A stretch of DNA of 64,000 nt from Moniliella sp. 'wahieum' (lineage: Eukaryota). How positions within the stretch are numbered: position 1 is the first letter of the stretch; every line of letters starts with the position of its first letter. Both the position numbers and the translations under genes were made by a program. The notes under the pieces were generated by a model that saw only the letters and a program-made list of their open reading frames with translations, did no database searches and was not told where the DNA came from. This document shows positions 36,125-48,858 of the stretch, in pieces. The DNA is taken from the NCBI GenBank assembly GCA_003971905.1, contig RSEE01000026.1, forward strand, positions 62,001-126,000, given 5' to 3'.

Positions 36125-39100
36125 TTAACTCACTGTCTCCGTCTCCACCTCTGAGCGCTCCACAAAGCCGAGGTGGAACATAAAGTATTCCAGCACCTTG
36201 TCCAGGTGCTGGCACTCCTCCACCTGAACCCGGCGAGCTTTGCGTTTCTCTCGTAAGCAGTTTCACAAACGAACAACCTCTTCCAGTGCATCAATTGGCC
36301 TGAGCCGAAGGTGTGGCCAGCTCATTGTCCAGCACCCCAAGGAGGGGCTGTGCCCAGGTACCTCATGCTCCTTCAAGGCCTCTTCCGACGAGGGGCTAGG
36401 CACGATTGAGGCAGCCGCTGAAGCGGCCCAGCGCGCCCCTCACCTGGCGCAAGGAAGGTACGCCCGCTGAGAGAAGCTGGCTCGAGTCTGCTTTTCCTGC
36501 TCGGTGCCGCAGCAAGCGCTTCATTTTCGGTCTTGAGAACGGCACGCTGCCACTTTGCCAGTCACGCGCGCGCTTCTCATCGGCTTCAACGGAAGCAAGA
36601 CGATACTGAATGTGTTGATCATCTTAAAGATCCAGTACGGCCAGTTGACCATCTGCCACCTCGGCTCCTGCTCCAACACAAACTTTTCTTGTGCCCACAC
36701 TTGTGCCTCGGGCGAGGGGAGAGCGAGGGCTCATCCGTGTGCTCGCCTGGTATCTGCCCTGCCTTGGCCTCCTTTACTCCATTGAGCGGCTTAGCTTCAT
36801 CCGTCTCGGTTGGATCGGGTGACGGTTGCGCAACGCTGCGATCCTGCACGTCGCCTTCGACAGACTCGGGGCGGACTGGCTTGCCTCATTAGGCTCATCA
36901 GTCTTGGTTGGATCCGGCTTGGCCGTGAGCTCCGCAACGGTTGTAGCGTGGGGGAATGGTTTGCCGTAAATGTAAAGTCCCCACGCCCAACGGCCCTCGG
37001 TATTCTTGGGCATCGATTCGACATACTCGGCCAAATGCCAGTACTCACGACCATCAACGTCGGTGCCGAGCGGGCCTGAGCGCATTTTGGTTCGGTTGAG
37101 GCGATTGTAGAGTTGCACTTTGCGTTGTAGTAAGCTCCAGGCAAAGTTGCGCTGCTCGCGGGATTTCTGGAGTGAAACAAGTCAGAAAAAACATGAAAAG
37201 GGAAAGGAAGAAGGAAAGTGGGTGAGTAGAGTAGACGTACTTTGCGCCCCAGCTCCTCAATATACCGCTGAACCGTCTCACTGTCCAACTTTTCATTCAA
37301 TGCCTGCATGCGCTCCTTGTGCTCCGTCTTGATCCGGTTAATGTCCGCGCGGGCCTCTCGCTCCGACGCAGAGACACTGCTCCATCCCTCGATCAGATCC
37401 GTGCGCACGGCACTGGTGCGAGGAACGAAATTGTTGATCAACGCACCGAGAATGGCGACGCGTTGCTCGAAAGGGGGGCGGGCACGGGTGCAGATGGGGG
37501 AGGGGTAGGCGTCACATGATTTGCGCGGATTCAGAAGAAAGCTCTGATTCAGCCGGCCCTTCCTGACCGGGAGCGAGAGGCACATGGGCGCTGCTGGGCA
37601 GAGCCGAGGCCTGGCGGGAAGCTGGCACCGAAACAGACGGGACGCGGGAAGCTGGCACCGAAACAGACGGGACGCGGGAAGCCACTCCCGATTGAGGTTG
37701 GCCCCGTTGAGTGCGTCCGGAGCGTCTCAGCTCCGTCTGGTCAGCAGTCGAGGGACTTTCTTTGCTGTTCCATGAAGCACGACCACGGCGAGTCTGAGAG
37801 ACAATTGACTCTGATCGAGTGGCTTCATCCTCACCCTCACCCTTGCTTGCATCTGGGGACTGGACACCATCGTAGTCCATGTCGTCCTCGCCATCCTCTT
37901 TGTCGTCCTCGTCATCCCCTTCCAAGTCATCTTCGCTGTGGATCGACGCCTCGCGCAAGCTCTTGCGAGGGATATAAACGTTGTTGAGCTTGGCCCGGCC
38001 CGCACGAGTAAGGACCCGTCTGCTCGTGCCTGGTGCTAGAGCTAAGTCGGACGCAGGTGTAGATACCTGTTCATCGGGCTCTTCGATAAAGTGGTGCTCA
38101 ATGTCAGGAAGGTCCTCGATCGTCACCCGCTCCGCCTCGAGCCACGCTCGTGCTGCTTCCCATGCCTCGCCACGCGTCGATGCGTCGGGCGCGTGGTGTA
38201 GCATTCGGACCGCACGCACCAGGGGCATGACACCCTGCATTGTACCATGGAACGTCGGCTTGGCACTAATTTGGAGCGACTTGATCGTTGTGCCTGCGAG
38301 ACAAGCTGTCACCGCTCCGAGAATCAAGTTGAGCATACGCGGATCCCAGTCATCGAATCTGTCGAGTCGCCGGAGAATCGTGGCGGGGGTGGCGACAGCA
38401 TCAAAACGAACGAGAGCCTCGTAAATCCACATTCGAGCGAACAGATTGGCCGCGGGCAAGGATGTTCCTACAACCTCAGTAAGAGGCGCCTCCGCCAAGT
38501 CCGGCGGAGTAACAACAGGCTTGGGGCGAATGTTGAGGTTGTCCTTGGCGGCCGATTTTCTGCCTTTGGCCGGAGTAATTGCCTTCGTGGGCGTCCCCTT
38601 GGCTCCTTTAGTAGGAGTCGCGTTAGCATCCTTGGTGGGCGTAACCTTAGCCTTCACTTTATCCGAAGCTTTCTTGTTCGCCTTGGTCGTCTGTAGACTT
38701 GGCGGCCGTCTTGCTCTTAGCGGCAGAGGACTTCGCCTTGGTCGTTGTGGATTTGACCCCTTTACCAGCGGTTGTTTTTTAGTCTTGGCCGATGCCTTCT
38801 TGGGTGCGGTTTTGGCCTTAGAGACGACATCGGTTTTCCTCGATTTTCCTTGGGTGCTGGTGGGGACGATGGTGGCTCCGAGCCAGAGGAGGTTTCCATG
38901 TCTTGTTCATTGACATCCATCAGATGGTCATCCTCACTTTCGCTTTGGTCGAAACTCTCCTTTGCAGATTTGGAAATCGATTTGCGCTTGGGCGCCACCA
39001 TTTTCTTCGGGATCTTGGCCGCCAGGGCCCTCATCCGAGCTGGTTGAAGTCTCCTCATCCGAGCTCATCGAAACGTCCTCATCCAAGTTGATCGAAGCGT

Positions 39101-40089
39101 CCCCATCCAAGTTGATTGAAGCCTCCTCATCCGAGCTAATCAAATCCTGGCATAAGCTTTGGCCTTGACTTGGGCCTGGCTCTGGGCTTGACTGGTTTGG
39201 TCTGCTTGGCAGACTTGGACGTACCCGACTGAGGCTTCGGCTTCTTAGGCTTAGCCTTAGTCTTGGGCTTAGCTTTTCCTTTAGCAGTTTGCTTGCCATT
39301 GCGGACGGGGGTATCCGGCAGGGTTTCCTCCGCTTCAGCATCCTCCCCGTCCGCATAGTTATGAGCATGGGAATGGAGATCGTGTATGTTGTCCGTAGGC
39401 GTCAAAGGAGGCGCCGCCAATGGAGGCATGCCGCGATGGTTGCGACAGACCGAACAGTCGCATGTCCCAGTGCACCGTGGCAAGCAAACAAATACCCAGC
39501 CTCGGACGCCGAGCACATCTGGCTCGGATCCAGCCCAAGCTGAACCTTGTTCGGATCCCCCGCCGACGGTCCCGGCCGCGCGTGACAATCGCATCGCGCG
39601 AAAGACCATAGTAGGTTTGAGCGCATAGTCGCAATACCGCAACCGACAGCGCTGGTGGTTATCGCGTACAACCGTGCACTGTAGCATTGGTCGACCACAG
39701 AATCGGCGGTGCTGGTGACAGTGACCCAGATGACCAGAGGGAGAAGCGGGACTAGTCAGTCCTTCCCCCCGCTCCCCCTCCACCGGTGGGAGCGGGCTGG
39801 CGGCCATGACGCGGGCTTGGTGGGTACGCGCACGGCTGTACGCGGCACGGCCCTTGGCGGTGGAGAGGCGGCCGCTCATGCGGCGGATCGTGCCGGTTGA
39901 CGAGTCGGGCTCGACCGACTGATCGGCCAGGGGGTTCGAAGTGGGTTTGGGCTTCTTGAGGACAGCAGAAGAAGGGGAAGGGGAAGTGGTGGGTCCGCTC
40001 TTGCGCTTTGCTCTCGCGCCGGAACGGGGGGTCGAGGAGGGCGCGCTGCCTAACGGGGACAATGGGGAGAGGGACGTGTCCGTTTCCAT
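36125..40089 (-). CDS. zf-4CXXC_R1 (CDCA7-like) zinc finger + DDT-like + WHIM/WSD chromatin protein
   Basis: CHQHRRFC..QC..RC.LRYCDY/CAQTYYG..WVFVCLPRCTGTCDCSVCR at 39723-39440, then an acidic/basic linker. Downstream: LFARMWIYEALVRF (DDT-like), EQRVAILGALINNF (WHIM1-like), RSGPLGTDVDGREYWHL (WSD GxD motif). C-terminus ...VERSEVETETVS*. Confidence 0.8.
37613..37682. repeat. 30-bp in-frame tandem duplication (ASRVPSVSVP)
   Basis: GCGGGAAGCTGGCACCGAAACAGACGGGAC x2 plus a partial third copy. Confidence 0.9.
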
Positions 40090-42186
40090 AGCAAGGTGGG
40101 GGCGCGGGCAAAAGGGGATGGTGGGTGGCGGTGGAGGAGAAGGGTGAGGGGAAGGGCAAGGGAAGAGGGTTGAGGCGACGCCGTGTGCGGAGGCAAATAA
40201 GGTGAACGCCTATTGCGCACGAATAGGAGCGGGCAACACTTGGGGCTGCCAGACCACAGGAGCGGGGGGCGAGGACTGGGCTGCTGACGGCAAGCCCGGC
40301 TTTGTCAGCGGACGGTGGGGTGGCAGGGGAATGCAGTGGAGACGGCGGCGGCAGGCAGCGGCGGCGGAGGCAGAGGCAGACACGCAGGATGCCGGGCGGG
40401 ACACAGCACGCAGCACACAGCACACAGCACGCAGCACACAGCACACGCACGCAGCACACGACAATGGCAGCAATGTGCGGCGCAGATGCGGTGGCGAGGG
40501 TGATGGAGGTGCAAAGGCAAGCGATGCTGGCGGGGCGCGCGTGAATTTTCACCTTGTCCCATCGCATCGGAGAGAGGACAAACGGCACGGGGTCAGCCAG
40601 GTTGTGTGCGCCGAATCGGCCAACGTGTACGCCGCCTCATCCGCCTTTGCATCGGCTTTGCTTCCGCCATGGTCTGCGAACTATCGACCCCCCATCCCCG
40701 CGCCCCCTCCCGGATTTGCACTCTAAGGATTGCTCCTGCGCTCCCAGCGTTCCTGCTTCGTATTGGTGGATCCACAGGGCGCACCCGAATGCGCCCCCCA
40801 TGCTTTATCATTCGGATCCTATCATGCGTTTGTTGGAGGCTCTCCGCTTGCTATATTCCGCTTTTTGGTGACTACGTCGATGGAGCCCCGAATGTAGCAG
40901 ATTTGGTGCAGGACACGATCAGCATCCGGCCAACCCATCCTTCGTAACGAGAGCGGATTACATGCGTCGCGCCGAGAAGGGTCTGGGGGCATCGGTACCC
41001 CCCAACAGCCACTGTGCCAAAGGCAAAAGAGCATGTGTGCTTGTAGAAAACACAACGAGAACGGTCTTTTCTTGCTCAGGTGTTGGTCCAGCTGAGATGA
41101 TTCCGTTATAGACACCAAACGCGGGTGCCCCCTTGTGGAGAGATGCTGTGGGCAATGGTGTTGCCCTCGCCATACCAACCGGAGCCCGTCGGGGTGGAGT
41201 TGGTTGGGGAGGACGAGGGTCAGAAGGAAAACCTGAATCGACGCGTCCCGCAAAAACGCGTTTTTTGCATTTGAAATGTTGTCAGATGTGGTACCTTAAA
41301 CGTAGCCTGCCTCCATACGTTCCGCTGTGGCGCCGAACGCCAGCGCAGTCTCTGGCAGGCCAACTGCTGTTTTTTTTACGACAAAGATGCCCATCCCTGC
41401 CCGTCGCCATGGTTGCGGGCGGGTGGAGCGAAGAGGACAGCAGGGGGACAAACATGGAGGAGAGGGAAAGGGTGCACGTTTAGCCTGCATGATGATCTTA
41501 ACCGACCGGGTGCCTGAGCCAGGGCAGCGGCGTATAAGTGGGCACAACTTTGACAAGCGGCGGAATACCCGCTTCTCAGCTCTCTTTCGTTCTCATCCCA
41601 AGCCATCCAGGGGCATCCACCACCTGTACCTAACTGGGGTATCTTACTGGAGGACAGGGGACACGACGACCGCAGAAATCTAGGACGATAAGGCCTAAGG
41701 ACACATTTAAACAAGCAAAGCTCATACCTCAGAGCGCAGCAACATCATGCATCGCAACCGTCAGTCTTTTCAGTAGCGAAGAGTGAAGCTTGAAGCACAC
41801 CACTGCCTTAGTGTCTGAGCATCGATAAGAAAACACATGCACATCAGCAACAACGAACAAGAAGAAGACAATATGCACTGCAGCCAATCCAACAAAACAT
41901 TGCACGAGTCCGACAAATCGACAACCCAGGATAAGACGCGAGATTAAGATTCAAAGCAAAGTCGAACGATCTCTAACAAAGTTGGACAAGATGGAGGTGT
42001 AGGTGTGTGGATGCAAATGGAAAGAGAAGATCAAGAAGCTCACAAAGAGGGAAAGAGTTGGGAAGGGGGAGGGGGGGGGGGTAGAGGCAGTAGATGCGAA
42101 GGATCATCTTGAAAGAGGGTCCGACGAGGAGCTTGGTGGAGGTCGGGTATGGTGGTAGGAATCGAGGCAAATGGGGGCAGTACCGT

Positions 42187-44339
42187 TCAACTGGGTGAGT
42201 CCGACGGGTGTACCATGTGCGCTGTTTTGAAAGTCGGTTTCGGGATGGGCAGAGAGACCATGACTATATGGGCAGAGAGATCATGTGAGGTGAGGTGGGA
42301 AGCCGTAGGCGGGCGATCCAGTGCCGAATCTGCTTGAAGCGTCACATCCCTCAGTCCTCTCCTCCATGCAACTTGGAGTGCATGCCACTGGCTGCACCGC
42401 CGTTGCGCCTCCTTCGGCGGCAAAGGCAGAAGACGAGCAACCCAGCGACAGCCAAGATGGCCAACACACCACATGGTACCGCCACGGCAATCGCGATGAT
42501 TGCGCCAGTTGTCAATCCATGGTGTTTGCTGGAGACGTGGGTCGAACTAAACGTCGCCGCGGGACCGCCTTGGGAGCCAGTTGGATTGGCATCGGGCCCT
42601 TCGCCCGTCTGACTCAGCGCGGCACAGTTGTTCTGATTGACGCTGGTGTTGGACCCGAGCTGGGACCCAATGTTGGCCACCACCGCCGTTCCGTCCGGCA
42701 CGGTAATTGTCACGGCACCACTCGAATTGGCCGTGACGCTGTCAACAGTGTTGTTGGCCACAGGTTGGGGCTTGCCATCTGAGCGCGTCTCGAACGACAC
42801 GCCATTCCACGTCGTATTCGTCGTGGCATCTGTGCCTGCCGCCGTGAGGTGAGAAAGGTAAAATGTCTTGCCAGCCAGGGAAGGCAGAGAGAAGGTGAAG
42901 CTGACACTGTTGCCTGTGGGGTTGGTTTGGTTGCTCGTTTGCGAGTTGATTAGAACCAAGCCAGTGAGGGAGTTGCCTGCGTAAATAGAGTAGGCGACCA
43001 GGCGACCAGTGTAGCCAGCGGGGCACCGTGCCCATGGAAATCGAAGCGACTCGGGTGTTGCACTGGGCGCCGATAACTTGGGCAATTGCAGCATAGGCAT
43101 AGTAAGACGAGCGCACATGCGGCTGAACCCCGTTGGCATAGATAGGTTGCCAGGGGGAAGAATAGGAGGTTTGGGTCATATGTATCTGCACCGAGTTCAT
43201 CTGCACCGTAGCGGCATAGAGGAAGAAGTTGAAGGTCCACAGCGTGTTGGCAAACGTGTCCGAGATACCTTGAATTCCCTCGGGTCCGATGGAGCCCATC
43301 TCACGGAGGTAGTAAGGGCGACCGATCTGCTGGGCCTGCTGCGCTTGACCGATCCACTCGGTAAGTTGATTTTGGGTATTCTGAAAGTCAAGCAGCCAAT
43401 CGACCGTGATGGGGAAGTTGGAGACGCCAATGTAATACTGCATGTACATAGATCATCTGTCAGACCCAGATTGGCACGAACGGCGCTCGGTCGATCAGGA
43501 AGCAAAACGTACAAGATAGTTGTGTTGGTTGGCACCAGCCACGTAGATGCCGTTGCCCGTGGCAACGCCATTGGTGTCCTGTACCAAGTTCGAAATGCGG
43601 TAGGGATGACCGTTCTTGTCCGCCGTAGTGGCCGTGACCGCAGCTTCAAAGAAATTGGAGGACTTATTGCGCGGAGCAAGGACCTGCGTGTGGATCGCCT
43701 GGACACGGGCAATCCACTCTGCCCCATAGTTTTGCTCGGTGTAGCCAGCGGGGCGGTACTGGTTGGTGACGTACAAGTCCGGTTCGTTGCCCACCTCAAA
43801 ACCGGCAATGTTGACATTGTGCAGATTGTCCAACACGGCCGCGGCCTGCTCTACAATGCGCGGGATGGCATCGGATCCATTGTAGGCCAAGTTGAGGCCG
43901 AATGTGATGGGGGTGCCGGCGGGCAACCGGTCAACGCGGCCAAGAGACCATTACCGTAGTACCAGCGTGACGTCGTACTTCCACTGGCGTTGGTCTGAAG
44001 CGTGACGGAGGTGGAGCCACGTCGTCATAGAGCATGTTATCGCCAGTGTTGCCGCCGAGACGCAGATGCGGGGGGACGCCGGTGTATGCGCCGAGGTTGC
44101 TGAGGAGCTGGTATGTAGAGGGTTGACCGTGTTGGTGCCCGTGAAGGCAAGCACGTTGCTTGGTTCGATGCCCACACCGGCAAAGGAGGGGAGGAGCGTC
44201 TGGGACAGGGTGGAGCCAGCGTTGCTGGCATTGAGGGCGGGCGAGAGGCTGACACTGGAGGTGGTGGCGAGGGCGGGGGTGGAGGAGGCAGCGGCGAGGC
44301 CAGGGCCAGGGCGGTAGCAGCACGCCGCCAGGGACCCAT
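42187..44339 (-). CDS. Glycoside hydrolase family 79 (beta-glucuronidase-like), signal peptide and C-terminal TM helix; 3' end uncertain
   Basis: FAGVGIEPSN, HLRLGGNTGD, ITFGLNL, acid/base motif FEVGNEPDLY, nucleophile motif YYLREMGS, GISDTFANTLW, HVRSSYYA. TM segment AIIAIAVAVPCGVLAILAVAGLLVFCLC followed by RRRRR. Confidence 0.92.
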
Positions 44340-45038
44340 GGCGAACAGAGAAGGGGGGGTGGAGGCAAGGAAGAGAGCGGCAGCGCAGCGCCAAAGCGGA
44401 GGGGGCGCCAGCGGGCGTGGGCGGTGGGGCTCAGCGTGCGCAGGCTGGAAGGCGCAGGAGGGGCGCATAGCTGCCACGGGTAGACACGCTGGGGCTCCGC
44501 CTGAGCAAGCATTCGCGTACTCGTGCTCGGCGCAGCGCGCAACTCGGGCTGAGTACTCAGACTGAGTCCTGGGTCTCAGGCCTGGGCCTCCGACTCAGAT
44601 GCGACACACACACGCGCCCCGCGCACTCGCGTAAGTCCAACATTCAACACTCGCACCGCGCCAGCACACCGCACCGCCCACGTCACGTGCCGCCGGCGCA
44701 TCCCACGCAGATCAGACGATCAGGAACTGCGGGCCAGCAGAACGGTCCCGTCCATGGAGCTCCGCCACGCATCCGAGTGCCAGCCACGGAGCCGCCATCA
44801 CCGCATCCATCCATCACATGTCACACAGCCACGTCGGCCACCCTCAATTTAACATCAAATTTCAAATGCACGTACGGGACACGCTGTGATGCCTGTGATT
44901 TCGTGTACGTGATCGAATCGCTCCCTGCCAAAAACGCCTCAAGACCATCCTGCCACGATGAGAAAAGTATGGATCGCTGCCACAGCCCTCTCAGACCTTA
45001 GATCTCTTAGATCTTATCAGCCTCCTGCCCCCTCCGAT

Positions 45039-47796
45039 TTAGTTCACCCGCGCAATCTGCTGGAGCGCGTGCTGGTAGGTCTCCAGCCGGGCACGCGCCT
45101 CGACGCGCGCCACTACTGCCGCTTCATCTCCTCCAGCAAGCGGCCCAACGAGGCCGGATGGAGGAGTGGCACCTCTCGCTCTGGCGAAGCGCAGTACAGC
45201 GCCTGCACCAACCGGGTCTCCATCGCCTCTGTGGCCGCGTGGACAAGAAGGTGCATATGGCCTTGGGCACCGTGTCCTCCACCACCTCCCGTGCCAGGGC
45301 TAGGTAAGCCAAGACTAACGCGCGCACCAACTCTTCCTTCGACCTAGGCTGCACCTTCTCCGCTTGGGCTGGCACGCTTTCGACTCGATTGAACCTTGGG
45401 GTGGAGCAGGGCCAGGGGAGGACGAGCGTGCTTCGTCCTGCACCGAGGACGGCCGATGCCGGTCCTCGCTGCCCCCAAGAAGCGAGAGAAAAATCCTTCG
45501 GACGGGGGGGCGGGAGCAGCTGCGGAGCGGACCCAGCTGGAGGCGGAAGAATCACCGTCGGCACGGCGCCCACTGTCGCCCCGCGGTGATGACCGGACAC
45601 AGGAGGGGTGGGAGGAGAGGAGAGACTCTGGGTGCTGGACCGTGTTCGTGCCTTGGTAGGCGTCGGCGGCTTGGCAGGCGGAGTGGGCGTGGGCGTTCGC
45701 CTCCATCGGAAGGCACCGATCAGAGGGGACATGGGATCGTAGGCACGGTTTGGGCACGGGAAAGGGGAGGGTGACCTTCTTCCTCCTGTACAGAAGGGCG
45801 GGGGCGTCATGGTCGGGCTGCGGTTTGTGGTGTGGGTAAGGTTGGGTTTGGACGCGGGCTTAACAGGCGGGGGCGAAGGAGGATGAAAAATCGCTTCTCT
45901 CGCGCGAACGAAAGCAGGATGGTCAACCTTGATGTATGCGGAATGGAGGTCGACGAGGTTCCTAATGTACTCGGCTGTAGGCCCTCGCCGTTCTGTCAGC
46001 ATTAGGTCAACGCGATCCGTTAGCGCGGTGCGTAGATGAGGGAAGCGAGCAAGCTCCTGGGACACGGGGGTTAGTACGTTTTTTTTTGCTCATGTGCGGG
46101 GGGTATTTAGCGGAATGACGTACGGGTCGAGCCGAGACGTGAGCAATGCGGACCAATTCCTCAAACACACTTTCCACACATTGTTGAGCCGGGAAGTGGA
46201 GGCGATGCAGTTGTGGCTTGACGAGCAATTGAATGCTTGGTCAGGGACAAAAGCCCCGGTCTTGGACCGGCAGCGTTACGCAAGGCGGTACGAATGGTCT
46301 GGGTGGATAGCCCCGACGCTTCGTCCCACTCAGGATCGGGGTTGCCAGGAGGCAGCAGCTCGTCGCACTGCTGAAGATGTGGGGAAGGAATGGTATCAAG
46401 AAGAGCTTGGTGGAAAGAGTCGACAAAAGTACGATAGATCCTGGCCCCGCCTTCCCCCTCAATGCAGGCCACCACATCCGAAGCAAACTGGGTTGTGAGA
46501 GAGAGCACCAGCTGCGCTGCCTCTGATCCGATTGGGGATGAGGCACTCACCCTTGTGGGGCCTATAACAGAGGCAGTTGCCCCGGAAGGAGTAAGAGAAG
46601 GGGCAATGGATAAAGAAGGTGAATGGGGTGGGGACGCTTTCCCCACCTTAGCATTGTCCCAGTCTGATCCAACCAGTGTCCTCTCTTCTTCATCCTGCGT
46701 GCGCGGCCGTCGAAACGTGTCAACAGGCAGACACGGGGGAGGGGGCATCCGCCCAAGTTGGTGCTGCGTCTGAGCTATCAACGCGCTCAATCGCGCTGTC
46801 AATGCTGGGACCCGACATTGAAAGCGGTTCAGCAAAGTCCGAGCCACTGCATCCACCAACGCAGCTCCGCCGCACCTCTGCCCAGCCAAGAATGGAGAAA
46901 AGGAGACAGAATGCTGTTGCCACGTAGCCAGTCGGGGAAGCGCCCTAGATTCGAACCCACCCGCTTGCGCGATGGGGAGGTAGGTGATACCGTTCTTAAA
47001 GGGGGAACTGGGGCGCCCCAGGAACGGAAGGTTGTATCTCCCTGCAGACGACATGCAAAGGGGATCACTCCAATCGTTCTGTCCCCCTTTGGGTCCACTT
47101 CGAGGGCCAACTGGACGGCGGGACTAGTCTCTGCCCGCTCCCACGGGATAAAACAACGCAGAGAACTGCATCCGGCTCCGAAGCGTACGACAAGGCCAAA
47201 GAACGACGAGCTTGCGCCAACCAGATCTTCAGGAGACACCTTGCTTTCAACGTTGCCGGACGCGACAGTCGTAGCTGGAGAGAAGAGGGCCTGCTCGTCC
47301 GGAACCATTAGGGCAGGGAGCTCGACCAGCTGCAGATGGGCAAGTCGGGGGCGCATAAGGTGAGGCAGCTAGACGGGTCACCTTCCTGTGGAGGATGCGA
47401 GCGCTCCGCCTTGATGCGCGCCCACACTTGGTCTGGCTCCATCGAGTCGAAGCCAGATAAGGACAGACGCGGAGCCATGGACGTATCTTCAGATGGTGCA
47501 AGCGAACCAGCAGAGGACGAGCAGTTGCATCTTCCGACCAAAATGGTGTTGCGGCAAGCGATGAAAACCATACATGGTGGGCATTTGAGGAGATACCAGG
47601 GGTAAGTGGGCTGCCCCCGAGAGCATGTAGCACGTGCGCCGTGCTTGTTGCTGCCCCTGGGCCGGCAAGGAGCACACATTGAGGCAGACCGGGGAGCGGT
47701 AGATTGCAGCGGCGCAGGCGGTGTGGATGCGCTCACATGCCGAAGGGAGCTTTCTCGCTGGCGGTCGCGACCAGGCACTAAGGAGAGTTGTTCCAT
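45039..47796 (-). CDS. Dynamin-related (Dnm1/Vps1-like) protein with degenerate GTPase motifs
   Basis: MEQL..LPQCVLL, TARPLLVRL, LQLVELPAL, AVQLALEVDPKGDRTIGVI. Middle domain IEGEGGARIYRTF, IRTALRNAAGPRPGL, PAQQCVESVFEELVRI, ELARFPHLR, AYIKVDHPAF. GED LVLAYLALAREVVEDTVPKAI...YQHALQQIARVN*. Confidence 0.88.
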
Positions 47797-48858
47797 GGAG
47801 TGTCAGGTGAAGGAGCAACAGTGGTGGTGGCAGCGCAAAGGAAAACAGGAGAGGGGCGGAAGCGCGGCGGTGTGTTCAAGAGACCCCACTCCAGGCAACA
47901 AGGAAGCAGGCGGTGTGGGGTCTGTATATGAGGGACCCAGAGTGGTCCAACTGAAGCACGCTGGCCCAGTGTGGAGAGCCTGCGTCTCAGAGGCCCTCGG
48001 GAGCGCCGGGTGACGAGGCTGGGCAGATGAATATGGAAGAGGACGCGGAGTCCAGACGGCTCAAACTGCGCTCGCGCTCAGCGGGAACTGCGCTCAGCCC
48101 ACGCTCAATGCGCGCGCTCAAGCGCTCAATACCAATCCCCTCTCCTGGGCTCTGGGCGCTTGGGGCCCTAGGCCGCAATAACGGTCGAGATGATCATCAG
48201 CGCCGGAGTCAACGGTTCGCGCGCGCTCACAATCAAGCAACGTTTCCTACGTTTCCTGTCGTTGCTGACGTATAGCTTGATGCCTCGCTCTCAGTATGTG
48301 TATACTTTGGTGCAAGCGCACTGTGCCTGCCCCCTCTCTCTCCCGCCCAAGCTATCCCCTTCTGTTGCTCTTGCTCCTGCTGCGTCCCGGGATTGGCCGA
48401 GTGGAGCAAAACGGCGCGCCGTGTCTCATCCTGCTGGCCCCCAACCCAGAGTGGAGTGACTTTGTTCAGGGTAAAGTGCATCTTCGGTGCATACTGCGTA
48501 GGACTGCGGAGCACGTCTCGTCGCGTCACGTGACGTCCCACCCCTCCCTGCCTTCCTCTCATCGTACTCAACGTTAACTCAACGCCCATCACTGGGCGGC
48601 CTGGCCACGCTAAGCGATCGATCTCACGCATGGCCTGGAGAGCCAATGGGAGGCTGGCAGGAAACGAGCCTGTGGGACCACGCTTAAAACTTACTGGGCG
48701 GGGCGAATACGCAGTCCGAGGCCAACTGCACAGCCATGGAAAATGATCGATGACCGGTGGGAACAGGCACCGATTAGAAAGGAGGGGGGGTGAGGCCAGA
48801 GGGACAATACCAGGTCCCAAACAAGCCCAAAATCTCATTGATAGAGGAACGAATGCAG

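Noticed and set aside
40400..40460. GCAC[AG]CA heptamer repeats as part of the TNA grammar
   Set aside because: Period 7, but no TNA centre or arm symmetry; an ordinary minisatellite.
40669..41683. Possible small multi-exon gene between the zinc-finger and GH79 genes
   Set aside because: Some splice-like signals are present, but no consistent frame or recognisable motif.
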